A stretch of 64,000 nt of DNA from Leptogorgia sarmentosa (lineage: Eukaryota): assembly GCA_964658305.1 (NCBI GenBank), contig OZ210884.1, positions 6,572,001 through 6,636,000 on the forward strand. Direction: 5' to 3'. This document shows, one piece after another, positions 1 to 11,959 of the stretch. The notes under the pieces are model-generated. The model searched no databases and was not told the origin of the DNA. It saw only the letters and a list, made by a program, of their open reading frames with translations. The position numbers and the translations under genes are program-made. Numbering within the stretch: the first letter of the stretch is position 1; each line of letters begins with the position of its first letter.

Positions 1-952
1 AGTGACACCATGCTTTAAGTGTTGTAACCGTGCATTTTCAGGGTGTCCCAAAAAAAGCAGAGCCCGCATAAACAATTATGTTCATTCAACATGAAATCGT
101 TTTGAAGTATCACAGTACTTTTACCTGTTTTTGCTTTTACTTATACCGTACGCAAAATATGAGATCCCAGAGCACAGAAATATCAAGTTCGTCAAAACAA
201 ACAGCTACATCAACCCTATTGCACTCATTTACATAGCTGTGAATATACAGTAGACATGTTTGTACCAGAAAATAGCTAATTATAAATTACGTGCGTAGGA
301 TACAGTATTCATACGAGAATATAAAATATTTTTGGTTTAGCTATCGCCTATTTATTAAATACGTAAATAAATTTTAAGGATGATCTTGTATAGAGCCTCG
401 TTCATGTATTAAAAAACCTTTATACTTTATATCTGTTTCATAAAATCTTAGCTTTGTGTCACTATCAGTATGCAATATTATGTTACAGTAAAGTTGCAAA
501 CAATTTTTTGCTGCAAAATGTCGTTGCTCATACAAATAACATTCTTGCCGCCAATGTTTAATTACAATTATATTAAAATAAGTTGGCATGGAAACACTAT
601 TACACAAAAATGTCAAGGTCTTGGGTTTTCAGTATCTTGGGATATTTCTACAAATCCTGGAAATACTAATTTTGAGGTTTTGTATGTAGTAAACTTCAAT
701 ATACGAAGCCAGTGTTGATGGGAGATAGTGACATCAAAACAATTCCAAATATGAGCTCAGTGCCTGAAAGAAAAATGAGGTCAAGCAAATTAACATAGTC
801 AATAAATATTTCCTTTCACGCATGCAGACTAAAACAAATTTTAAAATGTTCGAGCATGTGCAAACAAGAAATCTCTAGCTGATCAATTAATGCTTAAAAT
901 TGTTTAGTATACCACATTTAAAAACCCACAATTCCGACCAACGCAAATAGTA

Positions 953-1203
953 CAGGGTTTCCCAAGAAACCCGATTGAAATTAACGCATTGTTAAGTGCA
1001 AATATGCGTAAAAAGCGATTAAGAAATTAAAATATCCTTGCGATGTGCACGTCCACGTTGATCAAAACAAATTTTGAATAGACTAAAATAATAATGGCTT
1101 GCACAATCATTCAAGCACTCGTGGGATTAGCTTAGTTAGGATATTCATTCAAATTCAAACAATGCGTAAATTTCAATGGTTTTGGCTTCTTTGGGGCACC
1201 CCA
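953..1203. mobile_element. Degenerate Tc1/mariner-type MITE (CAGGGT.. termini)
   Basis: The left end is TA|CAGGGTTTCCCAAGAAAC..ATTGAAATTAACGCATTGTT and the inverted right end is AACAATGCGTAAATTTCAAT..TTCTTTGGGGCACCCCA|TA. The terminal motif matches the elements at 10502 and 11734. A lone CAGGGTGTCCCAAAAAAA end also occurs at 39. Confidence 0.65.
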
Positions 1204-2186
1204 TACCTTATACTCCTCAGTTTTCTGCAACTACTTTAGCTTTAGCCTTCTTATTTTGGAGTAACATGCGCGTTAATTAATGTTTATGAAATGTTGACAT
1301 ATGTACCTTAACTTACAAATTTCCCAACTACAAACTGACAAGTTTGTTCAGGTGAGTGTCATAAAATATGAATATTTTAAGATGAGCTTCTTCGAACTGC
1401 ATTATAGATATATTAAAATGCCAATCTTTCTTGATTAACGCATGATTCAAAAAATTAACATCTTGCTTTTGTTGTACGTCTTAAGCAAACTTGATGCTTT
1501 TAAAGACTCATTTTAATTTCATGTACACAATTCCTCAATCGCTGAAAAGATAACAAAATCGACAATTTGTACTAAAATCTATATGATGTAGAAAATGTCA
1601 TGTCGAAAACTTGCTAGAGTGCTTGCAAAAATAAGGGTACATCTCATGCACTGTCATTTTTATCAGCATGCATCTGCACAATTTTACAGCTATTGTTGAT
1701 GTTCTAAAATTTTTATTACTGCAGACAACGACCGTTTCGTAAGGTGATTATAAGTCATTATTGTTAAGCATTATACAATTATGTACCGAATAAGCTAGCT
1801 ATGCAGCAATTTTAGGCCCATTGTCTGAGTTCATATGCATCATTAGTCTCGGTACATACTTGGGACCTTCGACGTCTAAAAGGTGCCAGAAGGGTTGAAT
1901 ACGCGAGTAAGAGATCTAGTGAATGTGAAAAAAATGCCTCGTTTATGTTTTTAAGGCTTTTTTTCAATTTCTTTGTTTTCTCTTGGGCGGAACGCGGCCA
2001 TCCCACGTATCGATCAAGTTGTGTTTGTCAACGTTTCTCCATACAAGCTATATATTTTTAGAGCGCACAGGTGAGTTCTATCTGTAAATGAAAAATTGAC
2101 GAAGAAATGAGCGCTACTGAAATCATTCGTGCATGATTATACTATTTCTAAATCATTCTTTCTTTCAGACAAATCTCTTTCGGAGG

Positions 2187-4499
2187 ATGAGCTATACACG
2201 AATGATGCTTCGGCGAATTGGTTATTTATACGTGTGTATAATGACATTGTTATTTCTCTCGGTGGAACAGCTGCAAGCTGAAAAATGCTTTCAAAGGTAT
2301 TATGAAAAGAAATATAGAGGTAAGGTTCCTACATCAGATACAATAGTTAAATATCCGTGATTCTTTCGCTGCTGGATGATTGATGAATACAGTTTGCATA
2401 AAAAATTTGTTGTAGCAGAGGAAATAAATAATTATGAAATTCATATTACACGAATGAAGTAAAATTAAACCATACCCAATATACAATTACTGTTGACTAT
2501 AGCTACATTATCATACACTCTTTAGCATTTGCCAAAGGAGGAAAATCGCAACAAATATTGCAAATGTACAGTCATTGCTTAACTATACTCACTATATTGA
2601 TGATCAGATAATCCAAGTTGTGTATTGTTTTCTTACAGGAGCTTCTTTATCTTCTTCCGATATCATATCTAGTCATCGTGTAAACTCCGAGGTTTTATGC
2701 TTTGACTACTGCCTGAAGGTGGAAACGTGTGTCGGCTTTAATTACAAAGAAGAACCCAGTGATCATTACACGAAAAACTGTCAACTTAGCCGGAGTCAGT
2801 ATGACGATATTAAAGAAGATGGCCATGGAAATGAAGAATGGGTGTATTTTCAAGACACTCAAAGAGTTAGTCTTGATGTTAAGGTATTTATGATATTTCC
2901 GTCATTTTTTTGAGTGAAATCAAAGCCAAAATGTCGACCATCACGCCACGGGGTCCCTGTCTATCAATCATTTTGTTTCTATATTTAATTTTTAGAACCA
3001 TACCAAAAACAACACAATAATACAGGAAAACAGCAAATTCCTACTAGGTATTGAAAGATAGTTTTTGAAAAGCGAAACAAAAGATTTTGAACAAAATAAA
3101 ATGTTGGATATTCATTCCTTTAATTATTTGTATGTTTTGAAACTAAAGATCCATTGTAGCTATTGTTTGTGCTTAGATAATCTTGTAGCTGGCGTTGAAA
3201 TGAAAATTTGGTTCAACATAACAGAAAACAGTTTGGACAAATTGTACAATGATCCTCGTTATCCGGACAATCCCGACAACGTGACGATACTCTCAAGTTT
3301 CGACACAGGTCAAAACAAAGGAGACTACTACGGATGCAAACTTTCGGCGTTGTATCAGGTGAGGCATTTTTAAAATTCATTATGTATCTCCATGACCAGT
3401 GTTATAATTAAATGTTATTGAAGTTTTTATTTGGATTGTATATTCACTACTTTTGAAGATCATATTTAAGTTTATAGAAAAACCAAAAACTGAGTTTGTA
3501 ACGTTTGCATGTCGCGAATCATGCACAGTCAGCACAGACGCGCATCTGGTCAGTACCTACTTGTCGGTTTTAAAAGAAAAAATCCGTCATGCGGAAAATG
3601 AACAGCAAATTTCATCTCAAATTGCTCCAAGGGCTCATTCATGATTTCATAAGGCCACAGTTTTGATATATATATATCCATTCATGCAAAAATATCTATG
3701 TGCTATTGAGTTATGCACCAGTTGTTCTAACAATATATGCATCATCATGTCTTGCACAATTTTAGCCACAAAATATGTTTTTCTCATTCTTGGTTGACTT
3801 GAATCTTCATTTTTCAGCCTTTGGAGACAGGAAATTATACGTTTTTTGTTGCATGTGACAACACCTGTGATGTGTTTTGGGGAGAAATGATGAATAACAC
3901 AAACCAAAAGAAGATAATATCATTGAGAATGACAACAGGATATGGAATCTGGGAGTAAGAAAATAATGTAGTATTGTAGTTCTAAAATATTCTCACAACT
4001 TAATGAGTTGGGAAAAGAGCAGTAATAATGACTGTTTTTCTTCTACAAGAATAAGTTTCTGTTTTATGACAGATGTATGCTATGGTCTGATGGAAACGCG
4101 GCAAACTTCACTTTTTTGTTGAGACGGCTTTTGAAATTTCGCTAATTATTTATTTTAGCAGTACGATTGAATAATCGGGCAGGGCGGCGCTATTGCACGA
4201 TTGCTTCATTATACTAAAAATTCATTGTCTTCAACGTGCACAAAAACATAGAACAACTAGGTTGATGAAATTTCCTGATCAGCGCTTTTCGGTTCATACA
4301 TGTTTTTGATTCACTTTATTCTAGTAAGACTCCAATACAAAAGTCAAAGCCACTTTATATGGAGAAAGATAGGTTTTACAAGATTGAAGCAATACTAAAA
4401 GAAGGTTGGAAAGCTGATTATCTAATTCTGGGTCTACAACAACCCAATGGCACGTTCATTGCACCTATTCCATCGAATCAGCTTTTCTATGAACTATGA
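2187..4499 (+). CDS. Secreted PAN/Apple + PA14 domain protein, about 301 aa. Exons: 2187-2319, 2639-2865, 2996-3047, 3177-3358, 3818-3954, 4325-4499
   Basis: All junctions are GT-AG with consistent phases (1,0,1,0,2), giving 906 nt. There is a hydrophobic signal peptide (YLYVCIMTLLFLSVEQLQA) and a PAN-like Cys pattern (CFDYC..CVGFNY..NCQL). PA14-like motifs are LYNDPRYPDNPD, YYGCKLSALYQPLETGNYTFFVACDN, YKIEAILKEGWKADYLILG and PIPS. A candidate 5'UTR donor lies at 2071. Confidence 0.8.
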
Positions 4500-4609
4500 C
4501 CACTTCGTAGACTATCTTTTCTTAACAGCAAGCAGCTACACCAGTAGTTTTAGAATTGATGTATTTTATTAAAAGTGTGTCGTTATATAGCAATGACGTA
4601 ATAATAATT

Positions 4610-4640
4610 GTGATTGGCTAATTTGCGGTCACATGACCCA
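4610..4640 (+). promoter_or_regulatory. Putative zinc-finger gene promoter (reverse CCAAT box plus GTCACATGAC E-box)
   Basis: TGATTGGCTA and GGTCACATGACC lie upstream of a candidate non-coding exon ending GAG|GTATGT at 4740/4741. An acceptor TTACAG| lies at about 5772, before the zinc-finger ATG. Confidence 0.3.
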
Positions 4641-5305
4641 GATCATATAATATAGTAATATATAGTAAAAGTATCGTAGATTCTGATATTATTTAAGCGT
4701 AGTTGTAAAGAGATTTCGAGTATTTTCCGATTGTTTTGAGGTATGTATTTGTAATGTTTGATAAGGTTGCCAACCGTTCGTATTATTATGCTGTTATCCA
4801 ATTAGATGCAAGCATCAAGTAACTTGCCGAGCATGCGCGCAAAAAACGTGAGTACAGCACTTAGACCGATGAAATACAGGACAATGGACACTCCAAATAG
4901 GCTTTTCATTTTGAAAAAACAATAAAAATTCTCAGACCGGGGGCAGAGGAAGCCTATCATTTTCCACCGAGCCTGCAAGCGCCCCATATCAAACTGTCAG
5001 CGGTCAACGTATAAATTTGAAAACGATGACGTAACAACTCGAACCCAGTGCACTCGGAAGCAATGGTCGAACATAATAAAAACTCAGAATCAGAAGTATT
5101 TTCTTTTGATGGTTGTTGATGCGATACAAGCGCTTTTTAAAAACAAAATTTAGTGTAGCGTTTTGACAGAGCGCGTTCTACTCACACCTCTATTGTTGTT
5201 GTTTGAAAGACATTGAAATAATTTATTGTGTTGTGGATTAACTGTGACATTTTTAACATTCCATTTTAAAACGTGCGTTTGTTGTTAACATTAGCCAATA
5301 ATGCG

Positions 5306-5410
5306 CGCGTTTTAGCATTTTCAAATCGTTTTTCGCGTTTACGTGTGGACGCCAAAAACGATTCAGAAACGACAACGTCTCAGTGGACGCATACGTGTAG
5401 ACGGGGCCTT
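5306..5410. mobile_element. Right-end fragment of a PIF/Harbinger-like MITE
   Basis: It ends in ACGTGTAGACGGGGCC|TTAA, the same terminal type as the intact elements at 10911 and 42827. The left TIR was not found. Confidence 0.45.
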
Positions 5411-5525
5411 AATGTCAGAGTATACAACATGTTCTTGTTATCAACACCAAACAGATGTTCATATTCAGCCGCCGGTCATAAACTGATAAAAACTATGTCA
5501 ATGGATTATGGAAGCAGAATGCAAA

Positions 5526-5653
5526 CTGTCCGCTTACAAGAGGTTATAATGTCATTTTGGATTTTGTTTTAGTGTCCGCGTCCGCTTACGAGAGGTGTCC
5601 GCTTACGAGAGGTGTCCGCTTACAAGAGGTGTCCGCAAGGAGAGGTTCGACTG
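5526..5653. mobile_element. Right half of a pogo/Tigger-like MITE with a 19-bp internal repeat (GTGTCCGCTTACGAGAG)
   Basis: Tandem GTCCGCTTAC(G/A)AGAGGT units end in AGAGGTTCGACTG|TA, the reverse complement of a CAGTCGAACCTCT terminus plus a TA target. Confidence 0.6.
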
Positions 5654-5809
5654 TATTTATCATATGGCGCGCGCGTGCGTGCAAATTATTTTGGCGCAGT
5701 TCCGCTCTCGCAGAATTTGCGAAGCTACGAACAGTTTTATTTCATTTTATTCTGTGATCATTTGAGTTACAGGTGAATAGTCATATTGTTTTTTTACGGC
5801 GATTCAGAC

Positions 5810-7030
5810 ATGTCAAATGTTAGTGGTGAGTTACTTCCAATATCGAACAGCTCAGACGCAGCGACGGATGTTGGTGGGAAAGGTAAGGTCCCTATGCAAT
5901 GTGACATTTGCAACAAAATCCTTGCACATTCAGGCAGTTTAAATAGACATAAACGAATGCACAGGGGAGAGAAACCACATGAATGTGATATTTGCAAGAA
6001 GCGCTTTGGTGAATCAAGCCACTTGGTTCGACACAAATCAATACATACAGGATATAAACCTTTTGGTTGTGATAGTTGTGATAAAACCTTCTCTACGTCA
6101 ACCCGTTTACTTCGACATAAACGCACGCACACAGGAGACAAGCCGTACCAGTGTACTGTATGCAAGCGTCGATTTTCATTATGTGGCAATTTAAACAGAC
6201 ATAAAAGAACACACAATGAAAAAAAGCCATATGAATGTGATGTCTGCAACCAAGGTTTTCCCAGCATCAGAAACCTGATAGCCCATAAGAGGAGACATCT
6301 TGGAAGCAAACCTTTTCAGTGTGACATTTGTCAACGAACGTTTGCCCAATCAAGTCACCTGAAAACACATAAAATCACCCACACTGGTGAGAAGCCACAT
6401 ACTTGTGATATTTGCAACAAGTCATACACAAGATTGGGAACTTTAAGAAGACATAAGTTAGTTCATGCTGGAATAAAACTTTATCAATGTAATCTTTGCA
6501 AAGAAATGTTTTATCGATCAGAACTCCTGGCAGTTCATAAACTGAAACATACTGGAAATAAACCTTTTGAATGCGATGTATGCAAAAAGAGGTTTTGGCA
6601 ACAAGATGTACTAAAAAGACACAGAAGAACCCATCCAGGGGAAAGTCCTTATCAATGCAATATTTGTCAGAAAACATTTTCACGTGGGACATATTTAAAA
6701 ACTCACAGGAATGGACATTTATTGTGTCACTATTGCAACAGGGTAATTACTGAGCCAAATGAATTAAAAGGATATTTTGTTATTGTGGACAAAACCACTG
6801 GAACTCATTACCAATGTGTTAATTGTGACAGACAATTCTCTTCTTTCAAAAACTTGGTAAAACACATTGGACAAAGACATAACAGTGGAAACCTCAAATG
6901 TAGTGTCTGCCAAGAATTGGATTCAAATGAGCCAACTGGTATTGGTTATGCTTGTTTCCTATGTAACCTTGAATTTGATATCCCCAGAGAACTTAAAAAT
7001 CACATGCTTACCCATAAGACTGCTGCCTAA
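5810..7030 (+). CDS. C2H2 zinc-finger protein (10 tandem fingers plus 2 spaced C-terminal fingers), single coding exon, 406 aa
   Basis: The ORF has repeated CxxC-x12-HxxxH units with TGEKPY-like linkers. The first ATG is at 5810 (MSNVS); the ORF track starts at a TTG. Confidence 0.92.
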   Translation: MSNVSGELLPISNSSDAATDVGGKGKVPMQCDICNKILAHSGSLNRHKRMHRGEKPHECDICKKRFGESSHLVRHKSIHTGYKPFGCDSCDKTFSTSTRLLRHKRTHTGDKPYQCTVCKRRFSLCGNLNRHKRTHNEKKPYECDVCNQGFPSIRNLIAHKRRHLGSKPFQCDICQRTFAQSSHLKTHKITHTGEKPHTCDICNKSYTRLGTLRRHKLVHAGIKLYQCNLCKEMFYRSELLAVHKLKHTGNKPFECDVCKKRFWQQDVLKRHRRTHPGESPYQCNICQKTFSRGTYLKTHRNGHLLCHYCNRVITEPNELKGYFVIVDKTTGTHYQCVNCDRQFSSFKNLVKHIGQRHNSGNLKCSVCQELDSNEPTGIGYACFLCNLEFDIPRELKNHMLTHKTAA

Positions 7031-7458
7031 CATATACTGTGCTGCAATTTGTATGGCATAATTTACTACTTTATACTAGTTTTTAAGTGATAAATATTTA
7101 CAGAGATTCAATTACATATTTTAATTTGAAAGAACAAAAGTATACCCATGCCTCTACTCATTGTATGTCTGTTCGTTCATGGTTTTAAAATTTTGGAAAT
7201 GAAGTTTAACAATGGTGTAGTTGAAAGTACTAAAAAATTAGATGTTATAATTTGTTTATTATTATCACCTGCATCTATTCTCCGTTGCCTGTGGTTCATC
7301 TGGAATACTTAGAAATTTTACGTCATGTGACTTTCCCTTCAATTAATTTTAAGCTATTAATTATTTCAATTTTGCAATCTAATTATCATCATGCACCCTA
7401 ATTCCTCGCAGTGTCATATTCCTAACTTATTACATGCCACAAAATTATTCCTCTATTA

Positions 7459-7635
7459 CCGTATTTACTCGTTTGAGCGCCGCGGCGCTCTTTAAATTTT
7501 GAGAGCTGATGCGGCGCTCATTCGGGGACGGCGCTTAATCGGGGGCGGCGCTCTTTAAAGAAATTTGAGCTGAAATGCGGCGCTCATTCGGGAGCGGCGC
7601 TCAATCGGGTGCGGCGCTCAAACGAGTAAATACGG
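7459..7635. mobile_element. Tc2/pogo-like MITE, intact TIRs, TA TSD
   Basis: TA|CCGTATTTACTCGTTTGAGCGCCGC ... GCGGCGCTCAAACGAGTAAATACGG|TA, with internal GCGGCGCT repeats. Confidence 0.9.
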
Positions 7636-7757
7636 TATTCACATTATTATTACATTTTATTAGCATAAACACATGGCTTTATTCATTCTCAGCATGATCA
7701 TGCAATCTGAAGTCGTTTTTACGATCGGTGTACCACGCCGAGAAACTCACTATGGAG

Positions 7758-10276
7758 TTATGGATTAGGGTTAGTTTCATGTTTGTCACCATTATAACCA
7801 CCGTTGTTACCATCACCTTTACTATCATCATTACCATCATGTGTACCATTACCATCATCATTACCAACATGTTCACCACCATTACTATCAATTTTACCAT
7901 CATCAATTCTATCATGTCCCCCATTAACATCACTTTTACCACCATTGACATCATTTTTAACATCTACACCATCCGCATTACAGTCATCGCCACTCTCTGC
8001 TGGTAATTTCTCGTATTCTTCCACTCGTTTTGAATATTTAATGTAGACTAGGAATAAAATTAGCATTACAGCTGTCATCCCAGAGTAAGCCATTAATGTG
8101 TTACGTGTTCCTATCATGTGAAAGAGTACTCCAAGAAAAGTTGCACCAAAATCCAGTCCAAACATAAAACACATTTCCTCAATTCCTGCAAATTAGGAGG
8201 AAACATCTGCTGTTACAATAATATACACGTACACTATACATTATGTAGTTTTGAATTTCCTGTTTTAAATTCAGCTGTATTATAACTTTCTGGACGATTT
8301 TGTATAATTAATATTCATGCACGCATGTTATTGTCTTTCCTACAATGATTTTGTTTTTCTTTTCCCAATGCTTTCGTGTCACTTGTGTGTCCGTACATTA
8401 GCATTATTTCTATTAGGACTCAACACTTTATGTTGCTGCATATTAATGGACTTCTATTGCAAAATGGCGAAGTATATAGTCAGCACACTTAACCGTTCAA
8501 CTCTCAGTAAAGGCCCGTTGGGGATTTTTGCTGCGATTTTGTTTGCGATTTTCACCTTCTAAACGATGTGAAGGAGTTGGTCAGTTATAAATGTTCCAAG
8601 TCGTGGAATCTTATAATAACTTTGATAAATAATCTTCTCCTTCACACTATTTAAGATACAAGTCGATATTGCTCTATTTATGATACAAGTCGATATTGGC
8701 ATGAACTAAATCTTAAGAAAGTTAAGTGCTAATTACCCCTAGTAACCTAAGAAGACGTGAAGACAACCATCGCTTCTAACTCAGCAATTTATTCAGAAAC
8801 TTACCAAGTATTACGCCAGAACTTGCTTTTGATCCTGCTTTAGAGAAATGGACTGTGAACGCACTATACGCCAACCCATACCCTGCACTGTGTAGTGTGT
8901 CAACAGCAAGAACATACCAATATATTCGAGTAAATGAGAGAGCAAAGAACGCCACCGTAAACAATACAAACGAAATACATATAGTATTCAGTTCACCAAG
9001 TTTTTGAATCATGTAACATGAGGTGAAAATAAAAACCGCTAAAAATGGTCTTCGAACTAAAGCTGCACCGCCCATTACTAAAGGATTTGCGTCAAGTCCA
9101 TCCAAATACCAAAACTCCCAAAACACGCTAAATGCAACGCAAACTCCGAGATAAAATGTCATCATGAACATGTAAATGTAGTGAAAATCAAAGAGAACTC
9201 CTTTTAGTTCCTTCCAGTTGATTGTGCGATCATTTTCGTACTTAAACGTGAAAAATGGAAGAGACATGACGGACAGTCCGAGAAAAACAGCTGACAAAAG
9301 AAAACTTGCAAAGTAGCCGTACCCTTCCTCTCCACATATATTTATTTTTAGTCCCCAAGCAATCACGGAAGATATGCCAAGCAAGCTGCTGGTACCAAAA
9401 TGTTTCCACATGTAATAGGCCCCATATCTTGCTCTTTTGTCGCCGAGGAATGATATCGTTGCCAGACTAGCCAATGGAAACGCTACGCCTTCGACGAATG
9501 TAATCAATGATCTTGATATGGTCATTACAATAAAAAGGGTACTCGTCCAAGGTACGCTATAGTGAGCACTGGATGGCGTGATCATGACTACAAGTAAACG
9601 AAATTAAAATACAGTAGAACCTCGCTAACTCGAACTCTCAAGGGGAATGAAAAATAGTTCGAGTTAGCGGGGGTTCGAGTTAACCGGAGTAAATTACTAT
9701 AAAATGTACGTACTATCAAATCCACGATGAATTGGATTTAGTTCGAGTTAGCGGGGAGTTCGAGTTAAGCGAGTTCGAGTTAAGCGAGTTCGAGAAATGC
9801 GAAATCTTGATCTTAGAAAGGTACATTCCTTTCTTAAGATTTTATTTTAAACATTTTGAAATGCCTGAAATTCATGCATGCGTGAAACCTTTATTAAGTG
9901 ATATAGCTATATTATTATGATACTCCAACAAATTTAAACAATATAGACACATACCTGATTTATTTGATTCTAACTCCGTTTGAAAGCATGTTGGTAGTGA
10001 GACAACGAGAGGCAGAAGTGGCAGTAGACAAATTAAAACAGAAAGCATTGACGCTATCCAGATAACTAGACCTCGCGCTCGAAATCTGTCGCCAAAATAC
10101 AGGATAAGCGGGATAAATAAGTGCTGTACACCAAAGAGATTTGAAATCCCAATCTGTTTTGAAGTTAATCCAAACTGTTTCATGAATACATGAGAAAATT
10201 CATTGTAAACCGTGTAGCTGGACGTCGAGAAGAAATACCACTTGATAGCGATAGATCTGATGTTGAATTTCGCCAT
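7758..10276 (-). CDS. Major facilitator superfamily transporter (MFSD6-like), about 510 aa. Exons: 10276-9955, 9587-8805, 8185-7758
   Basis: Two phase-1 GT-AG introns give 1533 nt. There are many TM helices, with MFSD6-like motifs (MKQFGLTSKQIG, LGDKRARYG, FWYLDGLDANPLVMG, DTLHSAGYGL) and a Gly/Asn/Asp low-complexity tail. Confidence 0.85.
9612..9794. mobile_element. pogo/Tigger-like MITE with truncated right end, in MFS intron 1
   Basis: TA|CAGTAGAACCTCGCTAACTCGAACT is followed by repeated inverted GTTCGAGTTA(G/A)GCG motifs. Confidence 0.7.
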
Positions 10277-10501
10277 AACCTATGCCACCAAGCTATAATG
10301 AAATGCTTCAGTGCAATGGTGTTTTAATCCATCATTGTACGACAGAATATTTGCTGGAGTAGGCGATATTGAACGGAGAAGCTGAAAAATAGTTGCATGG
10401 AATTGTAAATAATGGCAGTAATTCATTCAAATTCATCGACTGCGATGATGCAGAACTAAGAGGCAGTAATTAATGTTGCTTCTTTTATCTAATATGCTAT
10501 A

Positions 10502-11420
10502 CAGGGTGTCTCAAAAAAAAGGTAATCGAACTTTGTCATGCCATTGTGCGATAATTATTGGGTGTATGAACGTAATTTTTGCATGGTCATAAAGATCAGG
10601 GTCTCAGCTGTTGAATGACATGTTGTTTGTGTCATTATGAGCAAAGCAGAACGAATATGAGAGCGATTAAAATTGCATATTTTCACCTCTGTGCTTAAAG
10701 CAGTGCATAACAAAAGAAAAATTCAATTAATCACGAATGTGTCATGGTAACAAAGATTTTATCAGGACTAATAATAATTATGCATAATCAGGTCGTTTGT
10801 TGAAGGGAAGGTCGTCATCTTGATCGAGTCCCAGAGGGAGTTAATTTTGAATAAGTTTACTAGCCGCAATTCTCAGGGGTGAAAATATGCGATTTCACCA
10901 ACGATTTTTAGGCCCCTATTACACTATACCAGATTGCATCGGAGCGGAGCGATTTTTATACCGGATTGGGCTGTTGATTACAGCGTGCCGCGGAGCAAAA
11001 ATCACTCCGCTTCGTTCGTGATACGAAAAGTAATCCGGCCTTACAAAATATTTTTATGTATGTATTGACTGCTGCAAGCGTGCTGCAAATAATGTCGTGT
11101 TTGTATGCCCTAAATATCCAACATTATACGATACGAAGACGTCTTCGACAGCGGAGCGGCGTAGTGTAATCGCTGCCATTTTTTTCATCCGTGTCAAAAA
11201 TTGATCCGGAACGAAAAGTAATCCGGTATAGTGTAATAGGGGCCTTAATAGACACATACGTGCTCGGTTTTACTCAAAATGGTACAAAAAACTTGTCGTT
11301 CAACAGCTAATAACTTGCTCTTTATGACCATATAAAAATCACGTTCATACACCCAGCAATGAAATAGCGCTCAATGGCATGTCAAAGTTAGTTGGATTAC
11401 CTTTTTCTTGAGACACCCTA
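10502..11420. mobile_element. Tc1/mariner-type foldback MITE with long imperfect arms, carrying a nested Harbinger MITE
   Basis: TA|CAGGGTGTCTCAAAAAAAAGGTAATC..ACTTTGTCATGCCATTG pairs with CAATGGCATGTCAAAGT..GATTACCTTTTTCTTGAGACACCCT. The arms stay complementary for about 190 bp. Confidence 0.85.
10911..11244. mobile_element. PIF/Harbinger (Tourist-like) MITE, TTA TSD
   Basis: TTA|GGCCCCTATTACACTATACC ... GGTATAGTGTAATAGGGGCC|TTA. Confidence 0.9.
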
Positions 11421-11733
11421 AATAATTCGTTCTCAAATACTTTTAATCAAATCATAAATTAGCAAGCTGCTTAATTTCAATCGTTTTCGCTTGCTACCTC
11501 GCGAACAGGGTTACGGGAACTATTTACCTACTATTGTGCAATGGACGTTTCTACCTAAATCATATATGTTGTTATAAATAATGTTATAATCATATGCTAG
11601 TTACTATATTCATTTCCGTCATATTCAACTTAGTACGTTCACGGCAAACAGCTGTAATATCACTCATGCACTGATGTCTTTCTTGCTACTCTGGTATTCA
11701 ATTTTTTAAGAAGAATTTACTGATACTAATATA

Positions 11734-11959
11734 CAGGGTGTCCCAAAAAAGTACTTCTATAGAAATCAATCTTTTGTTGTCAATCTAAGACTGTTGCACT
11801 TTTGGAAATTTTAATTAGCTGAAACACACGTATTGTTATGAATACTTCTGTCGTTTATGTACCATTTAATTCAATTCGATTCTGAATAAGTACAACAATG
11901 CACGTTTAACAACAAAAGAGATTATTTCATGCGCGAGGGTACTTTTTTGCGACTCCCTG
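11734..11959. mobile_element. Tc1/mariner-type MITE, degenerate
   Basis: TA|CAGGGTGTCCCAAAAAAGTAC ... GTACTTTTTTGCGACTCCCTG. Confidence 0.75.

Noticed and set aside
5794..6309. 171-aa antisense ORF over the zinc-finger gene
   Set aside because: This is a typical shadow ORF of repetitive C2H2 codons, with no independent domain signal.
7679..8046. Hydrophobic Met/Val- and Ile/Thr-rich ORFs
   Set aside because: They are alternative frames of the low-complexity MFS tail.
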